From: Candidatus Nomurabacteria bacterium
GTDB taxonomy: Bacteria; Patescibacteriota; Minisyncoccia; Phycocordibacterales; UBA918
Length of the DNA: 64,000 nt
NCBI GenBank assembly: GCA_023898585.1
Contig: CP060229.1
Location: forward strand, 75,388 to 139,387
Reading direction: 5' to 3'
Part shown: one piece after another, positions 10,779-19,555 of the stretch
Numbering within the stretch: position 1 is the stretch's first letter
Layout: each line of letters opens with the position of its first letter
Made by a program: the position numbers and the translations under genes
Notes under the pieces: model-generated
What the model saw: only the letters and a program-made list of their open reading frames with translations
What the model was told of the DNA's origin: nothing
The model's database searches: none

Positions 10779-11771
10779 ATGATATACGCAGAAAAAGAAA
10801 ATCCGAGCGAAGAAGTTTTTCTAGAGTTACTGGAAAATTCAAAAAATGGTTTGATTGAAAAATTGCAAAGCAATGGACCTTTGCCGAACTCAACGCAATT
10901 CGAAGTTTTAGTGTGTGAGGAAATGCAAGCAAAAGCCATTGGTACTGAATTCGAGGGAACAATAAGGCAAACAGGGGTTGCTGCTTTTCCAGATATTGTA
11001 GCCAATGGTTATTTTGGCGTAGAAGTAAAAATGACCATAAAAGATCACTGGCGCTCTACCGGCAACAGTGTTCTGGAAAGTTTACGAGAAGAAGATGTTG
11101 AGAAGATTTATATTATGTTTGGTAAACTGGGCGGTACTCCCGATGTGAAATACCGTTTATACCAAGAATGTTTGCCGTCTGTTAGCGTGACCCATTCTCC
11201 TCGTTATCAAATAGACATGAATTTAGCTGTTGGAAAATCTATTTTTGATAAGATGGGTATTTCTTACGATGAATTGAGAACAAGTGGAGATACCATCCAA
11301 CAAATTAAGACGTATTATCGAAGTCAGCTCCAAGAAGGTGAAGGTTTGTGGTGGATTGACGAGGAATCAGAAGCACCTTCACCAGTGATTAAACAATTTC
11401 GAACTTTGGAAACAGAGGATAAAGAAAGATTTAAAATTGATTGCATGATCTTATTTCCTGAATTGTTTAGAAATAGAGCAAATTACGATCGCGCCGCCGC
11501 ATATCTTACCACCGAGTTTGGTGCTGTCTCAGCAAGCCTGAGGGATGAGTTTAGTGCTGGTGGTAGACAAGAAGTAATGGTTGCGAGAGAAAAAAGAAGT
11601 GTGTCGCAAGTACTCTCGCAACTTCGAGGATATGCCCCACAAATCACAGCTCGAATCCAAGAGCTTGACGAGGGTCTTTTAAAATTTTACTGGAAAGTCT
11701 CGTCCATAGAAGAAGACAGGATTCAACAATGGAAAGGTTTGATTGACGAAGTGCGCGGTCGGTCTTGGTGA
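10779..11771 (+). CDS. putative type II restriction endonuclease (PD-(D/E)xK fold)
   Basis: 330-aa ORF starting 1 nt after the dcm stop; FPDIVANGYFGVEVK fits PD-x(n)-ExK nuclease motif; R-M operon context. Confidence 0.5.
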   Translation: MIYAEKENPSEEVFLELLENSKNGLIEKLQSNGPLPNSTQFEVLVCEEMQAKAIGTEFEGTIRQTGVAAFPDIVANGYFGVEVKMTIKDHWRSTGNSVLESLREEDVEKIYIMFGKLGGTPDVKYRLYQECLPSVSVTHSPRYQIDMNLAVGKSIFDKMGISYDELRTSGDTIQQIKTYYRSQLQEGEGLWWIDEESEAPSPVIKQFRTLETEDKERFKIDCMILFPELFRNRANYDRAAAYLTTEFGAVSASLRDEFSAGGRQEVMVAREKRSVSQVLSQLRGYAPQITARIQELDEGLLKFYWKVSSIEEDRIQQWKGLIDEVRGRSW

Positions 11772-11865
11772 TGATCTTCCCTCAGAAGTTTTTGAATCAG
11801 GTCATGAAGAAGCAGAACTAGCAACAACCTAAATCGTAATTTTTCAAAACAAAGCTAAAATTCGG

Positions 11866-12244
11866 ATACGTTAACGGTTCGTGAGCGGTCAAAGCGCATG
11901 TCGCTAATACGTTCAAAATCAACAAAGTTTGAGAGGATTTTATTGAAGACTTTAAAAAGAACACGTAAAGCATTTACCTCCAAACGATACGAGCGTTTTT
12001 GAGTAAGCCAGACGTGGTGTTTGGCAAACACAAGGTCTGTGTATTTCTCGATAATGTGGGCTTAATTTTGGCATGGCTGGCAATATCGAGATGTAAAGCA
12101 TTTACTTATCAAAGATGATTTCTGGAGAGAGAAAATTGAAAGAAATAGGAAAACGTGACAAAAAGTAACACGTAAGCTTCGTGCCGAGGGGTGGATTGTG
12201 TTTCGTTTTTGGGAGCATAAGCTTAAAAAGGCATCATCAGGCTA
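11866..12244 (+). pseudogene. vsr: very-short-patch repair endonuclease Vsr, frameshifted remnant
   Basis: MSLIRSKSTKFERILLKTLKRT, KPDVVFGKHKVCVFLDN and C-terminal LRAEGWIVFRFWEHKL in different frames with intervening stops. Confidence 0.6.
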
Positions 12245-12371
12245 ATTGCATAGAAAAAGTTTTGGATAGTTTAAAATAAAGTTATGAAAGTCACTGAACT
12301 AAAAGAAAACAGAACTTCCCAGAGAAAAGATGGAAAAGTATGGAGCAAAACGACTCAAAATTTTGAGTTGA

Positions 12372-12900
12372 TTGCGATTGTTTTGGGTTCTGGAATCAAG
12401 GGTTGTAACGATGCTGGAATTAGCAAGAAAAATTGAAAAACTCATTATTCAAAAATCAGCAAACAACGTTACCTTTGAAGATTTGCGGAAGATTCGCGGG
12501 TTGGGAAAAACAAAAGCTATACAAGTTCTTGCCATAATCTCTCTCGTCGACCGCTTAGGAAGCGGACAAAATTTCAAACATATTATCCATTAAAGACGTT
12601 TGAATAATGTTCTGATTTTCGATCGTCAAAAAAAAGAACACGTCGTTGCTTTTTATTTTGATACTCAACAAAAACTAATAGAGGCGAATAATTTCCGTTG
12701 GGACGCTCGACACATCTCTTGCGCACCCGGGTGAGTTTTGAACCTGCCTTGCAACCTCTGCCGCGGGTGTGGTCTTAGCACACAACCACCCCTCAGGAAG
12801 TGTTGATCCATCGGATGATGACATTGCCATTACGAAACGCATGGCGGACGCAGGCGATTTACTAGGCATTACACTTATCGATCATTATCGTCTCCGATAA
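12372..12900 (+). pseudogene. radC: RadC-like JAB/MPN domain protein, frameshifted
   Basis: N-terminal HhH region TFEDLRKIRGLGKTKAIQVLAI (ORF 12372..12593); JAMM motif VVLAHNHPSGSVDPSDDDIAITKR in another frame at about 12770..12900. Confidence 0.65.
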
Positions 12901-13380
12901 AGAATTTCGAGCAATAGACTAAATCAAGGTTGGAAAATAACTCTATTTAAAGTAAAATCGGGAAAGAGCGGTGGTTTAGGAGATGTGTTCACTGTCATTC
13001 GCGCTTACGCCAGATAAAGGTGGTCACTTATCTCCTTTATCAGAACATTTAACTTTAAGCTTACAATGCCTAGAACCAAATGTCGTCCGACTCGGACTAC
13101 TGGTAAGCCAGGACCAAAACGGTCACGGTCAAACCGCATAAACGCTCTACACCGAAACCACTGAAGAAGTGCTAGTAGGAAGATTCGGACGGCGACGTAA
13201 GTCGTCGTTCGTTTCGTTAGGGTAAACCTCGCACAAAGCGAACATCGGACAGTACCGAGCAAGCCATGCGAACGAATGTGAGGCGGCCATGCGAGGTAGT
13301 GGCGGAGCGTTGTGAGCGTTGGTTAATATTACCCACCGGCTTGAACGACGTGCCGCCTTGGGCGCCACAAGGACGACGAA

Positions 13381-13945
13381 AGGCGAAGTGAAAAGCTTTC
13401 TATTGCAGTCGTCATAACATTTCCACAGTTTTAATTATACTTACTATTGTTTTACTATCCAATGTTATATAATACAACACATGTTGATAACTCACCCCTG
13501 CACCCACCAACCATTTCCTTTTCAATATTTTGGCCTTCGGCGGAGGGGTTTGGGGAGGAGCCGCATTAAAAAGGCAAAGGAAATGGTGGTGGGATGCACG
13601 CGCGCAGCGATAGCGGAGCGCGTCCCAAGGCGCATGTATTCCCCAATGCGTACGCTTCGCGTTCGCATCACCACGCGCTCAGCGCGGCACGATCATTGTC
13701 CTTTCTCGAAATGGGTTCGAGCAAAGGTCAGTATTTCTGCACATTCAGAAACTTCTCGTTCCGTGAGGTCGCTACGCGACAAAGCGGCGCGGGAGCCAAA
13801 ACTAAAACAGCCGTTCGAGAGTCTCCCAGACTCCCTCACCTCCGCGACGAAATCAGACGGAGCGGGCACGGCGAGGCGGGCGGTTTTGTCACGAACCGTA
13901 TGGTTCGTTCAGACTTTTTTGACGAAGGAGGCAATTTCGGAAAAT
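13381..13945 (+). repeat. X+core+Y composite repeat (copy of the alternative recombinase junction)
   Basis: 13381..13900 equals reverse complement of 9060..9600; 13838..13945 equals 7597..7721; ORFs 13481..14011 and 13594..13950 are translation artefacts of this repeat. Confidence 0.85.
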
Positions 13946-14031
13946 ACTAGCAACGGGAGTCGATTCTTACCCTGTTTACTCAATACCATCATGCATACCG
14001 TAGAAATGTGACGGCTGATTATATTCTGAGT

Positions 14032-14385
14032 TTAGACGTCAGTTGTTGTTTGAATCTTATTCAACCTACTATGCGTATAAGTGAATACATCCACCAACAC
14101 CTTAATGTACAATACGTATACAATAAACTGAATTCCATTGTATACCACTTGTCCAGCTTCAAGTGGCAAGAGCACGTAGATAAAAGGTGCCGCAACATAT
14201 TCACTGAAGGGGAAAAAGCCAATAACGTTGTAATTAAAAAGATTGCCCAGATATGCCGGATTTGCTTGTAATAACGGCGGGAGTATCAGCATCGCAACAC
14301 TGTAGACAACCATCCCCCACAGCGCCCATTTTAGATATTCTTTTGCTATCGTCATGACGGTATCATAACACACTTCCGACCCCAA
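14032..14385 (-). CDS. hypothetical membrane protein
   Basis: 117-aa ORF with hydrophobic segments. Confidence 0.3.
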   Translation of the reverse strand: MGSEVCYDTVMTIAKEYLKWALWGMVVYSVAMLILPPLLQANPAYLGNLFNYNVIGFFPFSEYVAAPFIYVLLPLEAGQVVYNGIQFIVYVLYIKVLVDVFTYTHSRLNKIQTTTDV

Positions 14386-14484
14386 AACGCCAATTCAACA
14401 ACTCCTGTAGTAACGCTTTTACTGTAGTGAGTTTCGTTTTTACCAAGATTGAATTGTGGCTTTATTATTTGCCCCTGGTGTACT

Positions 14485-14973
14485 CTAAACTTCCGCAAAC
14501 ACAATCATATAATTGTGTCCGAATTTTTCGACACACCGAGGGCAATATGCGTAGTGTACGTAATAATCTTTAGCCTTTTTACCTTGCTTATCTAGAAATG
14601 CACCCATCACTTTAAGATGCTTAGGCACCGAATTGTATGGACCCTCAAAGACTTTTGCTATGAATTCTCCTGATAGACTTGTGTTTTCCGCACCTGGAAC
14701 TTCTTTCGTCACGGAATAAAATATCTCAGACTTGAACAAAGAGGGATCATGAAACAAAACTAGAGCATCACTCATGTCAGGCATGTTGGCACCGGCTTGT
14801 CCAGCCAAATCACACATTGATTTCATTTTTCTTCCGATGGTTGGCGGAAAAGGAATGTGGAAAAATGTAGGGACAGATTCTTTGACAAAAAGTTTTTTGT
14901 CCCATTGAAAAGTTTTTTCTTCCCATTTCGAAGGATGGAACTCGGGACAACAAGTTGTGTTGTTATTATCCAT
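14485..14973 (-). CDS. hypothetical protein
   Basis: 162-aa ORF, Cys-containing C-terminus (YCPRCVEKFGH); no confident family. Confidence 0.4.
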   Translation of the reverse strand: MDNNNTTCCPEFHPSKWEEKTFQWDKKLFVKESVPTFFHIPFPPTIGRKMKSMCDLAGQAGANMPDMSDALVLFHDPSLFKSEIFYSVTKEVPGAENTSLSGEFIAKVFEGPYNSVPKHLKVMGAFLDKQGKKAKDYYVHYAYCPRCVEKFGHNYMIVFAEV

Positions 14974-15083
14974 AATAATTATGATTTAAATTATTGGAGA
15001 CAAGAAGTTGAGACACACAAAAAGTCGGCGAAAAGAGCTTCCGGATTTACTTTAGAATAACTTCCCAGTCACTCTAGCCTATG

Positions 15084-15365
15084 CTACAGCTTTAAAAGCT
15101 CACTCAGTTTTGACTCATCAAAACCGATTACCACATCTTCACCAATTCTTATAACCGGTACACCCATTTGTCCGGTCAAGTCAATCATCTCCTGCCGTCT
15201 TTCAGCGTCGGAAGCAACGTCAAATTCTGTATAATTGACATTATTCTCCTTGAAGAAGGCTTTTGCCTCCTGGCAAAAATGACAAACTGGGGTGCTGTAG
15301 ATAAATACCTCAGAATCAGTTGCTTCTGGTGTTGTGTTTTCTTCATTTGTTCCTGGCGTATCCAT
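15084..15365 (-). CDS. glutaredoxin-like / NrdH-like redoxin
   Basis: CHFC active-site CxxC, thioredoxin-fold pattern (YSTPVCHFCQEAKAFF...GVPVIRIG). Confidence 0.7.
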   Translation of the reverse strand: MDTPGTNEENTTPEATDSEVFIYSTPVCHFCQEAKAFFKENNVNYTEFDVASDAERRQEMIDLTGQMGVPVIRIGEDVVIGFDESKLSELLKL

Positions 15366-15405
15366 AAAAATTTAATTAAATTTTAACATTCAGAAGTATA
15401 ACAGT

Positions 15406-15792
15406 TTATCGCCAAAACTGGTACCATTTGGCGTCTTCTTCCTTTGCGGTAGTGGTGGAAAGAGGCTGTATTTCTGACTCCTTGGGCTCATCTTCAACTA
15501 TTACGACTATTTGCTCGCCTTCGAGCGCCACGTCAAATTGTTTTCTCATTTCCGCTTCCAAACCTCTTTCGTTTGACAGATATTCGACCTGCTCTTCTAG
15601 TTGGTCTTTCCTTGTCTGTAGAGTTGCTACTTGCTGTTCGGCTTGAATTCTACGATCGGACATTTCCATCGCTATGTCGTAGCGAACATAAGTGCTCCAG
15701 CCAACCAGCAGAGTCAGAACCAGAATCACACCTTGTGTGAAGGGAGAATTAACAATAGAACGAAGTTTTCTTTTTTGGTGAAAATCAAACAT
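15406..15792 (-). CDS. septum formation initiator (FtsB/DivIC-like)
   Basis: N-terminal TM followed by coiled coil (ATLQTRKDQLEEQVEYLSNE). Confidence 0.5.
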   Translation of the reverse strand: MFDFHQKRKLRSIVNSPFTQGVILVLTLLVGWSTYVRYDIAMEMSDRRIQAEQQVATLQTRKDQLEEQVEYLSNERGLEAEMRKQFDVALEGEQIVVIVEDEPKESEIQPLSTTTAKEEDAKWYQFWR

Positions 15793-16032
15793 TCATCTTC
15801 ATTATACAATTTATTTACGGAGATTAAACAATCCGCTATAATAACGCGCATGAGTTTCTTATTTCACGAAAAAACAAAAAAGGCCATTAGGTGGGTGTGG
15901 GGAGTTATTGTCATTGTTATAATAATCAGTATGATTTTCGCCTATTCTGGCGGAGCAGGAATGTTTTAGAAAAAACTTAGATTCTAGAAGAATTTACTAA
16001 GTTTGTTGCGGTGAGCCGTTTGGAGTTAACAC

Positions 16033-17835
16033 CTATTCATTTTTCATCATTTTCATAAAGACTTCTTGTGGAATATGAACCCTCCCCCGAGCCAAGGCCT
16101 TGGCTTTTCCTTTTTTCTGCTTCTCGCGGAGTTTCATCTTTCGAGTAATATCTCCCCCGTAGAGATGAGCAGTAACGTCTTTTTTAAGAGCGCTTAGCTT
16201 CTTGGTAGAAATGATCTTCCCCATTACTTTAGCTTGAATCTTTACGATAAATTGTTGACGAGGTAAGGTGTTATAGAGTTTTTCTGTGACCGCCTTAGCT
16301 TCTATTTCTGCCCGGCCCATACCGATTACCCTAGAAAAAGCCGGCACAAGCTCCTCCGCCACTAACACTTCAAGCTTTGTAACAGAAGCCGGTCGCATCT
16401 CAGCGACTTCATAAGAAAGCGATGCATACCCGCTACTGGCATTTTTCAGTCGGTCAAAAAACCCTCTCATGAGTTCACGTAGCGGTATTTCAATAGTCAA
16501 TAGAGTTCTCCCGTCGCTGAACATTTCCGTATCAATGACACTGGACTCGTGTTCGTAAAGCAATGTCATGACGTTGCCCATATATTCACCAGGTAAAATT
16601 ATCTGACCCAAAACCCACGGTTCCCGGACGGTTACATTTTGCCCATGCTCCGGGAAGCGATTGGCGGCGTAGATTTCTTCCACTTGACCATCGGGCCACG
16701 TTATTTCGTAAGAAATCGAAGGAGCAGTAATAATTATATCTATGTTGAATTCTCGGCGTAGACGCTCAGTTATTATCTCCATGTGCAACATACCCAAAAA
16801 ACCACACCGAAAACCTCGACCGAGTACTCCAGAAGACTCTTCTTCGTAGGAAAGAGAAGAATCCGAAAGTTGAAGACGATCAAGAGCTTGGTGTAACTGA
16901 GTGAAATCATCTTGATTAGAAGGAAAAATAGATGACCAGACTACTGGTCGCGCTTCTTGGTAGCCCGACAAGGGTTCCGCTGTGGAGCGAACCGGCAACA
17001 ATGTATCCCCGACCCCCGCCACTCCCGGTTCCTTTATACCTGTCACAACATATCCGATCTCACCCGCTCCAAGACTGTCTACAGGTCTTTCGTCCGGAGT
17101 GACAATACCTACTTCAAGAGCGGTAAATGTCTTCTTACTAGCAGCGAATTTTAGGACATCGCCTTTTTTCACCTCGCCGTCAAACACTCTCATAAAAACA
17201 ATAATTCCCCGATGATTGGAATACTCAAAATCAAAAATCAACCCTCGATGGGAGTCTATTTTACTTGCCCGCGGTGGAGGAATTCTTTGCCGAATCGCCT
17301 CAAGCAAATCGAGTACTCCGAGACCCGTTTTACCGGACACTAGTAAAATATCCTCCCGTGAACAACCGAGCAGTTTGACAACCTCTTCACCAACTTCTTT
17401 TGGTCGAGAGTGAGGGACGTCGATTTTAGTTAGGACGGGAATAATAGTCAGTCCTAAGTCTTTTGCCATCTGCAAAGTGGTTAGAGTCTGAGCTTGCACA
17501 CCTTGAGTACTATCAACCAAAAGCAGAACTCCTTCGACGGCCTTTAACGCTCTCGACACTTCGTAAGAAAAATCAATATGTCCCGGCGTATCAATCAAAT
17601 TGAACTCATAATCAACACCACTTGACTGGTATATCATACGTACCGGTTGCATCTTGATGGTGATTCCGCGCTCCCTTTCCAGGTCCATTGAATCAAGCAC
17701 TTGTTCTTTCATTTTGCGAGCCTCTACGGTCTTTGTCACTTCCAACATCCGGTCGGCCAGAGTAGATTTGCCGTGATCAATGTGAGCAATAATACTGAAA
17801 TTTCTTATTTGCATAGATTTTATTGTAGTGGTCAC
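16033..17835 (-). CDS. lepA: elongation factor 4 (LepA)
   Basis: IRNFSIIAHIDHGKSTLADR G1 motif, DTPGHIDF, full-length GTPase 600 aa. Confidence 0.9.
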   Translation of the reverse strand: MTTTIKSMQIRNFSIIAHIDHGKSTLADRMLEVTKTVEARKMKEQVLDSMDLERERGITIKMQPVRMIYQSSGVDYEFNLIDTPGHIDFSYEVSRALKAVEGVLLLVDSTQGVQAQTLTTLQMAKDLGLTIIPVLTKIDVPHSRPKEVGEEVVKLLGCSREDILLVSGKTGLGVLDLLEAIRQRIPPPRASKIDSHRGLIFDFEYSNHRGIIVFMRVFDGEVKKGDVLKFAASKKTFTALEVGIVTPDERPVDSLGAGEIGYVVTGIKEPGVAGVGDTLLPVRSTAEPLSGYQEARPVVWSSIFPSNQDDFTQLHQALDRLQLSDSSLSYEEESSGVLGRGFRCGFLGMLHMEIITERLRREFNIDIIITAPSISYEITWPDGQVEEIYAANRFPEHGQNVTVREPWVLGQIILPGEYMGNVMTLLYEHESSVIDTEMFSDGRTLLTIEIPLRELMRGFFDRLKNASSGYASLSYEVAEMRPASVTKLEVLVAEELVPAFSRVIGMGRAEIEAKAVTEKLYNTLPRQQFIVKIQAKVMGKIISTKKLSALKKDVTAHLYGGDITRKMKLREKQKKGKAKALARGRVHIPQEVFMKMMKNE

Positions 17836-17882
17836 TACTCTACCCTACTCCAACGATAAAGACTAGCTTTTGGGGAAAATCG

Positions 17883-19547
17883 TTATTGCGGAGCGATCAC
17901 ATCTGTTTTTAAGATTCGTGATTGAAAAGAACGGTATATTTCTTTCAGTTCCGGGGAGTTACCGACGGCATATGTCAAAACAATAGCAACTATACCCATG
18001 ACACCGGCCGTTATCCCCTGGATCATTATTCCAACAAAAGTTTCTTGGTTTATTCCCCCCACCACAAAAACCAAAGTCACGTAGGCAGTGACCGCCCCAG
18101 CAATGGTCGCCACACCGGAATGTACAAAAAGTCTCGCCAGTGGACGAAGGTTTATGTTAAAGATTCTTTTTGATAAGACTATAAGTGCAATGAGTTGGAT
18201 ATATTGACCAAGCACAAAAGCTAAGGCCAGGACCAAGACTTCAGAACCCGCAACCCCAGTCAAGCGAAAAGTTTCATTCAAGAATGATTGTAGAGCGGTG
18301 TATTCCGTGTATAAAAACATAAAGCCCGTGGCTAGCGCGACGGAAATTACACCTCCGGCGAGAGCAACAAAAAAAGGAAGGACTGTGCGACCGCCAGCAT
18401 AAAAAGCTCTTATCAACAAAAGCAAAACGGCTTGCGCCAAAAGCGAAATAACAAAAATCGCCAACATAGCGGCCGTCAACCTGGTATCGCTCCAGTTAAA
18501 CTCCCCACTTCCAAGAAGCACGCGCACAATCTGAGCACGCAGAACAATAACCAAACCAATGATAGGAATTGACCAGAAAAATATGTGTCTCAAAGCGGTT
18601 AAGAGTTGTTTGTTGAAGCCCTGTAGGTCACTTTTAGCGTGTAAATAAGAAAGAGTCGGAAAAGCGGCAACAGAGTAACTCATGCCTATAATTACCAAAG
18701 GGACGGATTGCAAATTGAAAGCAAACTGAAAAACCGATACCGACCCAACCGACATCACGGAAGCCATGCCGATTAAAATAAGTAGCACAATTTGATTGAT
18801 TGATAATGTTAGCGCTCTTGGTACGGAGACCAGAAGAATGTTCTTTATTAATCCCCAATCAATTTTGGACGTCGTAAAGAAAGAATATTCGCTCTTTAGC
18901 ACAAACGGTAACTGAATTGCCAGATGTCCCACAGCTCCCAAAACCACCCCGACGACGAGACCGACGAGACCGACTGCAGGATAAAAGAAAGTAATCCCTA
19001 AAATGATTCCAACATTGTACAAAAGTGGGCTGAGGGCATACAGGATAAAACGATGGTTCATCTGTGTTACAACCCCGCACAAACTGGATAAACCCAGCAA
19101 AAACGGTTGGATAAGCAAGATACGCAACAACAGAATCAGACTCTCATACTCTTCCCCAAAACCGGGAAATATATGCAGAACATACCAAGGCGCTAAAAGC
19201 GCCAACAATCCGGCTACCAGCGTATACACCAACAAGAATAGCGAGAACATTTGCGACAAAACTTTCGCGCCACCGGCTGGGTTATTATCCTCAGCGTATC
19301 TGTTCACGAAAGGCAACAGCACATATATCGAAAGAACAGAAGCAAAAAGCACAAATAACAAATCTGGGATGCGAAAAGCGGCATAGTAAAGATCAAGTTC
19401 AATCCCCGCGCCAAAAGTGTGAGCGAGAAGCCTGTCTCTAACAATCGCTAAAATTTGTGATCCAAAAGCAAATAATGCGAGTATGTAAGCAGCCTGATGT
19501 AAACCACGCACCTCACGGTACACAAAGTTGAAAACTCGCTTAACCAT
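17883..19547 (-). CDS. murJ: lipid II flippase MurJ (MviN)
   Basis: 554-aa polytopic protein, N-terminal MurJ pattern (ILAIVRDRLLAHTFGAGIELDLYYAAFRIPDLLF). Confidence 0.8.
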   Translation of the reverse strand: MVKRVFNFVYREVRGLHQAAYILALFAFGSQILAIVRDRLLAHTFGAGIELDLYYAAFRIPDLLFVLFASVLSIYVLLPFVNRYAEDNNPAGGAKVLSQMFSLFLLVYTLVAGLLALLAPWYVLHIFPGFGEEYESLILLLRILLIQPFLLGLSSLCGVVTQMNHRFILYALSPLLYNVGIILGITFFYPAVGLVGLVVGVVLGAVGHLAIQLPFVLKSEYSFFTTSKIDWGLIKNILLVSVPRALTLSINQIVLLILIGMASVMSVGSVSVFQFAFNLQSVPLVIIGMSYSVAAFPTLSYLHAKSDLQGFNKQLLTALRHIFFWSIPIIGLVIVLRAQIVRVLLGSGEFNWSDTRLTAAMLAIFVISLLAQAVLLLLIRAFYAGGRTVLPFFVALAGGVISVALATGFMFLYTEYTALQSFLNETFRLTGVAGSEVLVLALAFVLGQYIQLIALIVLSKRIFNINLRPLARLFVHSGVATIAGAVTAYVTLVFVVGGINQETFVGIMIQGITAGVMGIVAIVLTYAVGNSPELKEIYRSFQSRILKTDVIAPQ

Positions 19548-19555
19548 AAGAAGTA

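Noticed and set aside
12900-13380. Short basic ORF MPRTKCRPTRTTGKPGPKRSRS... and semi-repetitive GC-rich sequence just before the repeat arm
   Set aside because: No recognisable domain; likely decayed remnant of island cargo; not callable as a gene.
13481-14011. 176-aa and 118-aa ORFs (13481..14011, 13594..13950) and the N-terminal 95 codons of the recombinase ORF (9049..9333)
   Set aside because: They lie entirely inside the X/core/Y repeat. The shared peptide MYSPMRTLRVRITTRSAR is a translation of repeat DNA in both copies. The recombinase's conserved YARKST catalytic start (MIKPK at 9048) lies downstream of it. Treated as non-coding repeat sequence.
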